Shown here: positions 27,941 through 41,230 of the stretch, in pieces
Numbering within the stretch: the first letter of the stretch is position 1
Layout of the letters: each line of letters begins with the position of its first letter
Position numbers and translations under genes: made by a program
Assembly (NCBI GenBank): GCA_951406725.2
Contig: OX597823.1
Location: 74,090,001 to 74,154,000 of the forward strand
From: Octopus vulgaris
Taxonomy: Eukaryota
Direction: 5' to 3'
Length of the DNA stretch: 64,000 nucleotides
The notes under the pieces: model-generated
The model's input: only the letters and a program-made list of their open reading frames with translations
Database searches by the model: none
Told to the model about the DNA's origin: nothing

Positions 27941-28441
27941 GGAAAGAGGTTTGAGAATGCAGCGGTATTCTAAAGATGCTTATTGACTTCACCGGTTTCA
28001 CTTATTTTAAAAAAAAGATTATCAAAAGTAAAATGTAAGGCTTTGATTTAGCTTTGTTGTATTAAAAAGATGGGTATCATAATTGTGTTAAAATACAGTT
28101 ATAGAGTCTTTGATAATGATAAGAAAATGTTAAAAAATAGAATCCTTGACAATGGTAAGAAAATGTTTGTTTAAAAAGTTTACATGAAAGTGTTCAAAAT
28201 AGGTAGTAAAATAAATTTATGATTATTTTAAGTTCATCAAAATCATGTTTGTATAGAAGCATATATACAGAATGAATCATATTTAAGTATTTATACAGAA
28301 TTTTAGGGGAATGACCAATCTTACCATCCATCATCTCCTGTCTTGTAGTGTGTATATAGACTCTTATTTAAAAAAAGTGAAACCGGTCAAGTCAATAAAC
28401 ACCTTTAAAGGACCTCTGCATTCTCAAACCCTCTTTCCTAT
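27938..28441. mobile_element. ~500-bp element with ~75-bp imperfect inverted arms, each holding a hammerhead half (GAAACCGGTC/G); probably Penelope-derived
   Basis: ataggaaagaggtttgagaatgcag...ttattgacttcaccggtttcactt pairs with aagtgaaaccggtcaagtcaataa...ctgcattctcaaaccctctttcctat. Confidence 0.7.
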
Positions 28442-28542
28442 ATATTTTCACTCGTGAAATATCTTGCAAGTTTACTTTGTTATACATACATACATACATA
28501 CATATACATGTACATACATATACATACATATACATATACATC

Positions 28543-28580
<38 letters not shown>

Positions 28581-28954
28581 CATACATACATATATATATA
28601 TATATAATAATAATAATAAGAGTAAATAATAGCTTTAATGGTTTTTAAAAAAACAACAATTATTTACTGGTAGATTTCGGCATGTAAATATAACCATTAA
28701 CGGTAGGAACTTCTATAAAAGTTCAATACGGACATGGAATTGATATTTTATTATATTCCTAATCCAGAAACGCTTTCGTAAATAACCGTTAGACTTTGTT
28801 TTCCTTATGTCTTCCTTCTGCTTTGCATATGTGAATTACAGGGATATGTCGTATGTGGAGTCTTATTTGTAGAAAATAGAAATAAACAGTCTTTGACTGC
28901 TATTTCTAATACTTCCGGTATGTGGCTAAGCAACCTGTTGCCTGCCTTTTTTTA

Positions 28955-28985
<31 letters not shown>

Positions 28986-29112
28986 TACGCCATATGTGAA
29001 CAAACTTAAGTTTGTTTTTGAAGCGCTGAAATGTATTATGGTATAAGTAGAAATATATATTTTTCAACGCATAAAATACTAATATAACAGTATATATAGG
29101 ATAATATACCTT

Positions 29113-29470
29113 ACAGAGCAGAAAAATCTGTCAGCAACTGACAGTGTCAAAGATCCCAGCAATGCCGTCGCGCTTCAGGACCAGTTACTGCAACAACCTG
29201 GGTTTCAGAGACCCACAACTTTTTAATATTTCCCCCAAAGAGTCTGAGGGACCTACGCAAAGTGGATGTAGGTGTTTTCAAATCAAAACTGGATGTCTTC
29301 CTGTCGAGAGTCCCAGATGAACTTAACTCGCGACAGGAGGTGCAAATGAGGGCGGCCTCATAGAACTCCCTTATTCACCAAATTCCACATACCAGAGGAG
29401 GCACACAATAATAACAGTGTAGCAAAGCGTCGGTGCCCCAGCATGGTTACAGCTTCGAGCTGAAACTGAT
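29113..29470 (+). mobile_element. CR1-group LINE 3' fragment
   Basis: Translates RTSYCNNLGFRDPQLFNI / PKSLRDLRKVDVGVFKSKLDVFLSRVPDE...NSL, similar to the C-terminus of the 59406-60599 ORF. Ends ggtgccccagcatggttacagcttcgagctgaaac. Confidence 0.75.
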
Positions 29471-29541
29471 AATATATATGTATAAATAATTAGGAGAGTA
29501 TTGTAGTTCGCTTGAAGCATTGTATATTGTTTGTAAAGAAT

Positions 29542-29786
29542 AAAAAGTTTTGAATGGTATAACAATGCACTATAATACAGACAATAGGCTGTATACCTGT
29601 TGTAATTTAGTCATCCATAGTCTGATAATATTTCGGAATAAAATTCCTTCTTCAGATATTCTTAGACTGACTCGCTGCTATAATCAGTTTTTCAACTGAT
29701 TATAGCAGCGACTCAATCTAAATTACGACAGATGTATAGCCCATTGTTTGTATTATAGTGCATTGCTGTACCATTCAAAACTTTTT
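29542..29786. repeat. Nested fold-back: ~68-bp outer inverted repeat, ~27-bp inner hairpin and a minus-strand hammerhead-like core
   Basis: aaaaagttttgaatggtataacaatgcactataatacagacaat.. pairs with ..attgtttgtattatagtgcattgctgtaccattcaaaacttttt. The inner hairpin is tcgctgctataatcagtt-tttc-aactgattatagcagcga. Confidence 0.85.
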
Positions 29787-29989
29787 TGTCTATATTAATA
29801 ATTGTTTTCTTTTTTGGAAACGGCTTAACTCAAGGTAGACTAGATTATAAGATTTGGGCATTTTCTATTCAAAATGTTTTAAGCAAAATATTTATACGTT
29901 ATTTACAGCTTTATCTGTTTTCAGTTAAACTGTTTCAAATCAGAAGTATTTCATGTTCTCTCGATGATTCTAGACTCTTATGACATCAG

Positions 29990-30079
<90 letters not shown>

Positions 30080-30243
30080 GTACACATACATACATAGACA
30101 TTTTATGAGAAAAACTTGCGTTATATTTCTGAAAGGTGTTAATTTTGATAGATCTCTAGTTTAGTTTCCCTGTCTGGTTTACTATGCACGTAATAGTTGA
30201 GGGCTTCAAGGTGATAAAGTTTAGGAAAATATATGTGTACCGA

Positions 30244-30335
<92 letters not shown>

Positions 30336-30521
30336 AGTCTGTCTGTCTGTATGTCTGTCTAAACTTTTTTCGTTCATGCGTCTTCAATAGTTCTGTCGAT
30401 CATGTGTACTTCTGTAATTTTCTGAAGTCTAATACTTATACTACAACTGTTTTTATAAACCCTTTCACATACACATGTACACCTCTCAGCACACACACAC
30501 ACATACACACACATACACACA

Positions 30522-30637
<116 letters not shown>

Positions 30638-30727
30638 TATATATATATTTGTTTCTCTGGAATATTACAAAAGATATATTGCAAGTCACAGATAGTGAGG
30701 GCATAATAACAGCAACAACAACAACAA

Positions 30728-30760
<33 letters not shown>

Positions 30761-31018
30761 TAATAATGATAATAATAATAATGAAGAAGAAGACGAAGAA
30801 GAAGAAGAAGAAGAAAAAGAAGAAGAAGAAGAAGAAGAAGAAGAAGAAGAAGAAGAAGAAGAAGAAGAAGAAGAAGAAGAAAAGACGAAGTACAACAGCT
30901 ACAACAACAACAACTTAGAAATGAAAGTGATAACGATGTCTTCAACAATAATTGAACCACGCAGCGAGTGTTTACGGCATAAATGTATTATCAGTTTAGC
31001 CTAAAAGACTTGGCAGTT

Positions 31019-31057
<39 letters not shown>

Positions 31058-31994
31058 TTCTTTCTGAACAAGTGAAACTGTACATATCTATTTGTAGTAC
31101 TAAGTTGTCCTCTCACGTCTCATGAAGAGATCGATAACTTCGCTTGTTAGATGTTTACTCGGATTTTACTTGTTTTTTTTTTCATCATTTAGATTTCTTT
31201 TACTTTCATAAACTAACGTGTCTACTTTCTTTGTACATATATTTGTATCTCGTGATTTCTAACATAGGTACAATGGCACACACTTTTGGGATGGTACAGA
31301 CCATTATAGCGATCAAACTACATCAGTGGAGTTTATCTCACAGAGCCTCAAATGATGTAAAGAAAAACCCAACTCCGGTAGGATTTGAACATAAGTAAAA
31401 AGACATCAAAGTGATTTCCTTTTCCTTTTCATGTTGTTCAAATGACGCACTTTTCTCTGACCGACGCTTCATCGAGTTTACCGTTCTTGTATCTAATGAT
31501 TTCTGATATAGACACAGAGTCTCAAATTTAGGGTAACGAGTATAGTCGATTACGTCGACCCTCTACTTAACTGTTATTTTTCGATCATGTTAGAGACGAA
31601 AAGCAAACCTGAGCCTGATAGTACCAGATCAATGAATGTAAAGGAATATAACTTAATCCACAAGGTCTTTCCCGGATGGTTGTTCTGTTCTATCATTCTA
31701 AGAAGATGGATTACTTTAATGATAGTTCACTTGGAGGATGGTTATTATGTTGGCTTAAATGATGGAAAAGTATTAGTCTTCATCAAATTTGTAATGGATA
31801 TCAGTCCACGACAAATACCAACAGTGTCATCGCAAAAGACATCTGTGAATAAGGAAGAAAATAAACATAGGCAACGGTTCACATAGCCTGGTCAATCATC
31901 AACGATAAAGAATTAAAGCCAGAAATTAATGTTACAGCAACGCTTTCTAATTCTCATTTGAGATATGAGGTCTGAAAACAAATAACAAAATGAA

Positions 31995-32020
31995 TAATTA
32001 ACTAACTGACTGACTGACTG

Positions 32021-32054
<34 letters not shown>

Positions 32055-32115
32055 CAATTAGCAAATCAACCAACTAACTAACTAACTAACTAACTAAATA
32101 ACCAACCAACCAACC

Positions 32116-32161
<46 letters not shown>

Positions 32162-32162
32162 A
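31995..32162. repeat. (CTAA/CTGA/CCAA)n tetranucleotide array
   Basis: Read directly. Confidence 0.95.
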
Positions 32163-32639
32163 TACATAACAAGGAAGTTGTTGGAAAAACTCGACACAGA
32201 TGTAAAGGGAGGTGTCACCAAATATAACGGTGGTAGCGGTGAATAAACACCAAATTTTGGAAAATTTTCAAAGTATAAAAACAAATTTAAAAAATATAAT
32301 AAAATTGAGAAAAACATTAACTAACTCATTTAAATACAGACATAAATTTCAAAAGACATATTGCAGACAAAAAAGAAAATAACTAAAGCAGCATTACTAA
32401 CAACATCATCATATCCCTTCTTTAGCGTTTCAAGCCAAAAGGATATATTAGATATCGGGCAACTCTAACTAAAGAAAATGGACATCACAAAGCTTTATGC
32501 TTTCTTTTCCGAAAAATTTATCCAGGAATACACTAGGAGAAATGCAATATAACTCTGCTTTTCGAAAAGTGAAGGATATATAAGTACTTTAAATCTCTGT
32601 TTGATATATGGCTGAGGATACCCTCCTTTGATTTGGGCA

Positions 32640-33560
32640 GTATACTTCAAGATATGCGCCTAGTATTTCTCAGCATCAGAGCTGAAAACACCCCCGAAAG
32701 GTGGTGGTGGTGGTGGGGGGGGGGGGGCACGTCAAATCAGTAGAGGAGTTGGGGCCGAAACCAGACGTGGTTCCTCCTGATGATGTCTTGAGCTAACTGG
32801 ATCCTAAAAAGGAGTTCTTGTGGTGGCCGACCACGAAACATGGTTGAAATTCCTCCTTTAAGGTATGTGCCTAGTATTTCACATCGATGATAAGGCAAAG
32901 AGTTAGGTGGAGAAGTGCACCGGCCACCTGCCCAGAGGACAGTGCCGCAGTACATGAGAGAAAAATGAAATTTTCAGTCAGAGATTTAAATTTGTCGTTG
33001 GTTCTTGACTTGGTTAGTGACATTTTCAGTGCAGTACGAAGAGCTAATGGCCGCGTAGGTGAGAACAATATTTGCTCAGGTTGGATTTGTTGAGATTTCT
33101 ACGTCTTGGTGAATCAAGAAAGCTGCAAGGCTATTCCAGAAATGTACACAATCAATTTAATGAGAAGGAGGTCGATCAGATCGGTAATGCAGGACAATGA
33201 GTTCAGTTTCTATACGTGACATAATAGAGGCCACTAAAGTACCTTCTATTTTGAAGGTGAAAAGAAAAAAGGGGGAAAAAAGAGTGCTACAGACAACAGT
33301 AAATGCTGCAAAATCAAGCCCAGAGGTAAAGAACAAAATGTTCTGTTTTCCCGTGCACCCCCAACTGCAGCCGCGTAAATAGACTGAACGAATACAAACG
33401 AAATAGCATTTTACCCAATGACACAAGAACTTGAGGCCAACAACCAGATTGAAGACCAAAAATCTTAGAAGTCTCGCCTTCCAACTTAGGGACGTTTAGT
33501 GTGACGAGAATCATTACCAACCCAGCCTTGAAAGTGGTAAAAAGTGGGCAACTTCTCTAA
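32640..33560 (-). pseudogene. Possible heavily decayed LINE reverse transcriptase remnant
   Basis: Across shifting frames, motif-like strings appear in RT order: IFGLQSG, LGVHGK, EGTLVASI, TYAA, KY/LGTYL. Each match is individually weak. Confidence 0.3.
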
Positions 33561-35774
33561 ATAAAAGACAAGATCTTAGAAATCTCTCATGAAACGGCAT
33601 CTACCCCAGGCGAGTACTGCCTGTGATCAGTAGCCTAGCTGAGCATATTTTTCAAATGTATTGGCTTTTTAAATGTTTTAAAACTCTTTATTGTCTTTAT
33701 TGCGTGAATTAAGTCTTCGAGGAACTTTTTGAAGTCTTCACTTTATTCTAATAAAGTCCCAGTGATTTGAACTATCAACCCAATCTCTTGTGATTAGTTG
33801 GTGAAATCGTTGACATGTAGCGGAGTGGGAACAAAACAAACCCTAATGTCATAATCTATTCTCTGATTCTGGATGATCCCATAGAGTTTCCTCTTTCCAA
33901 TGCTCCAACTCCAGGAAATGTTACTTTTTTTCATTATGACAGTATGGCTGGAACATAAAATTAGGAAATATAGAATGCGATCATATATATATGTAACTGT
34001 TCACTGAGAAAAAAATTCAAGCCCTGATCTTGTTGCCGTCCTTCCTTGAAACTGTTCGTTTGTCCAATTTTTCAGTGTCTGTTTCTCATGTGTTCAAAGT
34101 GTGATCATTGCTTAGCATAATTACTCAGACTACGTGATAACCAACAACTGGCCAAGTATATAACTCCAAGCACTTTCATTATCCCACTATATTTATATAA
34201 GCGAATTATATATATATTATATAAACGAATATCTATAGAGAGGCATTTTGTAGTTAGCAAACATGCTCAATCACGAAATTGCTTTTCTCATCTATTTTTA
34301 CTGTCTCTTACTCTCTCTGTCTCATTTTGATTTTCTCTCTCACTCTCCAACTCTCACTTCGACCGCACTCTGAGAGCTGCAGCAGATTCCACTTTCGGAC
34401 GCGCTTCAACAGAATTTCTGCGTAGGTGACAAGCTTCACGAGAAGTGACAAGCTTGAAGAGAAATTCTGTATTAGCAATCGAGAAAAACAAATAGATCTT
34501 TCACACGATAAGAGATTGTTCAACCAAAGGCAGAATGCTAACACAGCAGTATAAGTGCACTTGGCTATTCTACAGATCGATTCAAATACAAACCTTTGCT
34601 GCTGTTCCTAGCATTCTCATCTCTTTCCTTTCCAAAGATTATTGTTATAAACCAATATCGTACATCTGCATGTAATTTAACTATCACTTAAAGAGGGTTT
34701 ATTGTTTATACTCTTTAAAATATACTTTGGTAAACAATAATATTTTGCCTTGTTTTATGCATTCACTTAACATTCGCATCCTTTTCTATTACTTATTATT
34801 CTCTGTTGAGATAGTTTTCTCGAATTCACACAGATAGTTGAGATAGTTTTCTCGAATTCTAGTTTTCTCGAATTCACACAGGTATATATATTCACATGTT
34901 ACTTGATACTTTTCTCTTTTCTTATCTTCACTAATTTATAGACGGCTATATATAAACACAGATTACTTCTCTCTTTATCCTTCTCGCTTTTAGCTCTCGT
35001 AACTACACTTTTTTAATGCACTGATATTCTAAATATATAACTAATGAAATAGTTCATGTAATGTATGGGAAACGAAGCTGAGCGTGCATTTATGCAATTC
35101 ATTAGTTGGTAATTGGAAGCCAGGACCTTTATCTCAAATCTAGTCATCATTATATATTCTTGTCACACGCGTTAACTATCATAGATGTGTATCCGATAAG
35201 TAATTCAATGGCGAAAAACATTGTCTGGTATGGACTTGCATGCGCGCGCGAACGCGTGTGTAACAGAGCGAGGATGAAGGAAGTTGCAATCAAACTAATC
35301 GTAAAAATGTCATAGAACGACACTTCTTTTGACAAGAAAACGGCATCTGCTACACTAGAATTAGAACCCTTTGAAGATCTGCTACTTACTTTCAGTCTAG
35401 GATATAGAGACAATGCCCAGATCGTTCTGGTTGCTCTGAGTTGAAATCCTCGAAAGACTTGCTAGTACTTACTTTTATCTTAGGTGTTGGTAACAGCAGT
35501 TTGACGGCTACGACTGCACAAGTGGTACAAGTGGAACCTGTAGAGTAGAACACGCGACCATTTCAGCAGACTTTCGACCAGAAGACAAATATGATAAATG
35601 AAACTTATGTACAAACCTGTTGAATACGGGATATTCAACAGGTCCACACCAGTTTTGTGAAACACGTGTAATAAGTACTCTTCTTGAGTTAGGCTGTTGC
35701 CTACCAGATCTCTAAGATAATTGTGATGGTTTTCCATTTTGGCACAACCGTCAAGTGAATAAAAAATGGATAGA

Positions 35775-35912
35775 AATTCCGCCGAGGTTGATTTTGCCTT
35801 TTATCCTTTCGGGGTCGATAAATTAAGTAAGTATCAGTTGCGTACTGGGGTCAATCTAATTGACTTGCCCCCTCTCCCAAAATTTCGGGCCTTGTGCCTA
35901 GAGTTGAAAAGG
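35775..35912 (+). mobile_element. SINE family B 3' part
   Basis: aaattccgccgaggttgattttgccttttatcctttcggggtcgataaattaag...aatttcgggccttgtgcctagag. Confidence 0.8.
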
Positions 35913-36899
35913 ATAAGAAATAGATAGAAATTGGTTGGTTTACTCATGAAGGGCAAACACTATGTTGCATAGTCCAAAAACTGGTTGCGAGACTTTTGTA
36001 AAATTACAAAAGAAACAAATGAAACGGAAAAAAATGGTGAAAGAGGTATTCCCTGCCCGATTTCATTGGCTTACTACTAATAAAATTATCCTTGTTTCTT
36101 TCGTAAAAGCGAATGGAATTAGAAAAACAGTAATTCTAACTCGTATTAAGGATGCAGTTCTCTATTTGGGATTGACTTTTCGTGGTCATTGACTTTTCAT
36201 GTTTCAGGTTTCTCAAGTACAAATGAAGGCAATTGTTTTGCGTTTACTAAGGAATCTGATACAAGTAGTACATTGCTGGAATGATATATTTTACTGAGTG
36301 AGCGAGATGCAACTTATCTCCGCATTGACATACAACAGTGTCTGACCCATTTCTTACCAAATCTGGTTTTATCAAAGACATTAGCTGAAGTCAAGGTGAC
36401 CTAGTACTTTTCTATAATTCATGCAATAGATTTGATCAATTATCTGTATCCTTGTAATATCTAACAGTAACCACTGAACTAAGTGCATAAACGGAAGAAA
36501 ATCTTTCATGTCTTTAAAACTTTATCTTCCAAATGTTTTAATTTTAGTGATTTTATTAAAAACTAAAATAAAGTTTGTTTAGTGTGTTTAAAATTACTTG
36601 TCATAAATATTTACTCGCACCTCCTAACCTTAGAACCCGGCTATGTTTCTGCCTAAATTCTTGGTTTTTCGAAACGATAACCTAATTGATCTGCTGGATA
36701 CTCGATGGTAGACAAACGAAAAGTAAATACTCGAACGAGGAAATATTAGTTCGAGTCAATAGAACAGAAAAATGATAGACTGTTTATAAAAATCAAACCA
36801 ATAGTTTCATCTGGTGGCCATTTTCTCGTCCTGGCCAATAAATGTTCACAAGCACTTTCGGACGTATTAGCTCGCAGTACTCGGAAGAGAGTTGCAATA

Positions 36900-37400
36900 T
36901 ATGCATTTTCAGTAGTTTCAACATTTTCGGATGCTGTTACATTGGCATTCACTGCTTCTCTTATTACTCAGATATTATACAATATGATTTTCTTTTGAAG
37001 CGTCGTCTGAGCCAACATTTGCTTACAATTTCTCATGTAGTCATCTTTATGTTTCTCCAAAGCCTTGAAAATGCTTCTAGCCTCATCTTTAGTGGACTAT
37101 GAATGCATGTTTTAATACTTGGACATCCATCCAGAACTTCAGCAATTTCCCCGTTTTGTGAATAGCTCTCTGTCGCTTCGGTATTATTGCTGGCCGCATA
37201 GTGGTGGAACACTTCCTTACAACTGAAACTCTTTCCTTGATCTTAACGCAAGTTGGACAACTGTAGACCATAGACAACAGCATTTAATTTTTCTCTTCAT
37301 ACGTGCTAGTAAATTATTTTTTCCTTTTGCCATCTAAATTAAACAAAATTTCTCTGATTTTTGTCTGGTGTAGAGGTAGATAGAGCAATCTTCTTTTTCA
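36900..37400 (-). mobile_element. Tigger/pogo (TIGD1-like) transposase remnant, CENP-B HTH region
   Basis: TCVKIKERVSVVRKCSTTMRPAIIPKRQRAIHKTGKLLKFWMD ... DEARSIFKALE ... LYNI*VIREAVNANV resembles the Tigger strings EKLL..W, QEKAKSLF and LHNIKVSGEAASAD. Confidence 0.6.
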
Positions 37401-37606
37401 ATGACAAATTACCATCACTGAGTTGGTGAATCCTTAACAGCGCTGCGAAATACTTGCAGCTCCACTGCAACAGTAAAACAAATGTTTAGAGAAATACACT
37501 ATTTCTCGAACAACGTCCATGTAGAGTGTGAACGCAACCGAGTTTCCTTTACACACAGTTGGAACTGGATGGTTGTTACTGCGGGCGTTCGTAAATCACT
37601 TGAATA

Positions 37607-38883
37607 GAGGGTGGGCTGAAAAGTCCATAGGCTGGCTACGAAGAAGTGATGCTAGAGCTGTGAAATCAATCATGCGTTATTTTCACCTTTTCTTATTAAT
37701 AACAGCATTGTCTCGTTCCGGGTAAACCGATACCTGACTGTTCAAAGAAGATTTCAAAACTAGCATCGAATTTTCTTGAAAACGGACAAAATTTGGCATT
37801 GTGGTGGTGTTATCAAGTACCTACAGAAAACGGGTTTAGTCCTCAAGGGCATTCATGTTGACATGGTTGCTACATTAGGGGATGACGCGCCAGCTTTATC
37901 AATAAGGCAAAAGTGGGCAGCTGAATTAAGTAGGGGAAGGGAAAGTCTTGAAGATGACCCAAGTTCTGGACGTCCTGCAACTTCCATCACATAGGAAAAC
38001 ATTGATCCTGTTCACTACATGCTGATGGATGACAGGCGATTGATTATAAATCAAATAGCCAATGATATTAGCATATCCTGTAAGAGAGTTGAAAATATTC
38101 TGCAAAATGAACTTGGCATGACGAAGGTTTCTGCTCGGTGTGTGCTATGTTTTCTGATACTTGATCAAAAGCGCAGAAGGCTGACCATATCACGAGAAAA
38201 TCTGACATTGTTTGAGGCAGATCCAGCTGGTTTCTTTGAATGTTTCCTTACCTAAGATAAATGTTGGCTTCTTCACTTTAAGCCAGAGACAAAGAGGCAC
38301 TCGAGGCAGTGGAAACATAACCCCTCACCTGCTCCAAAGAAGGCCATAGTCGTTTCATCTGCAGGGAAGGTAAAAGCCTTAGTTGTTTGGGATGCAAAGG
38401 GTATTGCGTTTAATGACTATTTTCAATGAAAAGTACTATGTCAATTTGCTGAAGCAGTTATGAAAGGCTATCAATACTAACCAGCAAGGAAAACTGACGA
38501 AAGGGGGGTCTTGTTTTATGAAGACAATGCTCCAGCATACAAATCTTTGGTTTAAATGGATACTGTGCATGACTGAGACTTTGAGCTGGCTGATCACCCA
38601 TCCTATTCTCCTGATTTGGGCCCATCTGACTATCACTTGTTTCACAAAAGGAAAATAAAAAAAACAAGAAACGCTTGGCTGGGAACCGGCATCTCAGTGA
38701 TGGTGACGTCATATCTGCTGTTGAGGACTTTTCTGACCAACAAGATGAAAGCTTCTCCATCAATAAGATCTGAGCACTGCAACACCGACGAAAGAAATGT
38801 GTAGACCGCAAGAGGGACTATATTGAAAAATAAACCTCATGGGAACACCTTGATTAGCCAATGAACTTTTCAGCCTACCCACG
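37607..38883 (+). mobile_element. Full-length decayed mariner (DD34D) transposon
   Basis: TA-flanked TIRs gagggtgggctgaaaagtccataggct / agccaatgaacttttcagcctacccacg. Fragments include GRESLEDDPSSGRP, DDRRLIINQIA and HPSYSPDLGPSDYHLF, with many stops and frameshifts. Confidence 0.92.
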
Positions 38884-39586
38884 TAAGTCGGGAACATATA
38901 TACAGACATACACACACATACAAGCACAGACACATACACACATGTACAAGCGCACACACACATATATATGGGAACAAGGTAGCGTGTTTGCAGATTCTTA
39001 ATATTGTCGTATAAAATTCATGCAATATTTGTTAGTAGTTTTTGCACTCTGAGATCAAATCGCGTCGAGGCCAATATTACTGTTTAGCTTCTTTGGGGCA
39101 AATACAAAATGAAGTCAAAATCAAGCCCTGAGGTCAGATTAAATTCTCATCTTGATTTTATATTTGAATTCGGATGCATTGACTTGTGCAAAGGCATTTC
39201 GTAGACCATAAACAACATTCCTTTGCTTAAAATGGAGTAAAGAAATCTTTTGCCATAGAGAAAAAAGACTGATATGCCAGCGAAACTGACCAACGATGAA
39301 CCGACATGCCATACAGTATGAAACAGGAAAATATCACACACATACAGACACACCCATATACACGCTTACACGCAGACACATACTTACACACTTACACACA
39401 CTTACACGTATACACACGTTCATGGAAATATGATCCTCACACGCGCGTATGCGTATTTATAAGCTATAAGATAAGTATTAAGAAATTTATGCACAAGATT
39501 ATGTATATAATTATATATCTAACATTTACAAGCACGACTTAAGACAAAATTTAAGACAAAAGAAAAAGTGAAACGGACCTATATGC

Positions 39587-39619
<33 letters not shown>

Positions 39620-39841
39620 TGTATGTATGTATGTATGTATGTATGTATGTATGTATGTATATATGCATGTATGTATGTATGTATGTATGTATGTATGTAT
39701 GTATGTGTGTATGTATGTATGTATGTATGTATGTTAATATATGCATGTACATGTATATATATATATATATATATATTTGTATATACGTATATACATACAT
39801 ATATACATACATACATTCATATGCATATCAATGTGTATATA

Positions 39842-39886
<45 letters not shown>

Positions 39887-40033
39887 CAGTTGATGTATAT
39901 ACACATATGTATATCATATATATGCATGATGTGTGTATGTGTGTGTGTGTGTGTGTGTGTGAGTGCTTGGGTGCATGTGTATATGAGATATTTGTATCAA
40001 TCGCAGAAGCACATACGTATTCAATTCACTCAC

Positions 40034-40133
40034 CCAAGCACACCACAGACTTCCACAAGGACAGGAGCAGAAGAGACGTGACACTGGAAATGGATATGAT
40101 GCTCTCCCCGGTTTCTCCACCGCTCTACGCCAT
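40034..40133 (-). other. Candidate host exon segment encoding a signal-peptide-like stretch (in-frame TAG at codon 3)
   Basis: Non-repetitive island reading ATG GCG TAG AGC...= [33 protein letters not shown], ending at a consensus donor G|GTGAGT in phase 1. Confidence 0.3.
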
Positions 40134-40601
40134 TCAGACAATTGGCAATCGTGTAGACAAATATACACCGTCACGTTTCGTGTTCGGAGTAAATGAATTA
40201 CTAGTAGGACATCTACGTGGTATCCGTCATGCGTGAATCTTACATTTCAGAGATCCGTGATTCATTCAATTTCAGCTTGAAATGGAGAAGATGGGGGCCA
40301 GAATCAGCAAAATAATAAAATATACAATTGATAAAATTTAGACTATATAATACATGAGAGGAAGGGAGAGAGAAGGAGTGGGAGAATGAGGAGAGAAAGG
40401 GAGAGGGGAAGAGAGAGGGTAGAGAGAAAGAAAGGGAGTGAGGGAGGGAGGGGTGAAGAGTAGGCAACACGATAATCAAAGTGGAATTATATGTAGATAC
40501 ATTTATTTAGTAAATTATCTATCTATCTAGCTATCTACATGAATACATATACAAATACAGGCATATACTACATAAACACACAAATATACATTCATCAACA
40601 A

Positions 40602-40636
<35 letters not shown>

Positions 40637-40699
40637 CACACACTCACAGATATATATACGTATGTGCGTGTGTGTGTGTGCACATATATTCATACACAC

Positions 40700-40778
<79 letters not shown>

Positions 40779-40779
40779 C

Positions 40780-40854
<75 letters not shown>

Positions 40855-41022
40855 AATCTGTCTGTCTGTCTGACTGTCTGTCTGACTGTCTGTCTGTCTG
40901 TCTGTCTGTGTCTCTCTCTCTCTATCTATCTGTAAACAGAGTTGCCTTCTTATACGACTTCTATACATACGCGTGCTTTCATTTCAGATATATGCAAATA
41001 TATATGTGTATGTGTGAGTGCA

Positions 41023-41062
<40 letters not shown>

Positions 41063-41068
41063 AATACA

Positions 41069-41114
<46 letters not shown>

Positions 41115-41199
41115 ATATATATATATATATGTAAATGTGTGTGTTCAAGTACACTTATATTTAGTTTTGCGAATATCTATATGCATGTATGTATATATG

Positions 41200-41230
<31 letters not shown>

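Noticed and set aside
31995-32162. Telomere-like repeat
   Set aside because: The unit is the tetramer CTAA/CCAA, not TTAGGG.
34805-34880. Heat-shock-element-like TTCTCGAA x3
   Set aside because: Each unit has only two pentamers, it is better explained as a local tandem duplication, and no promoter is evident.
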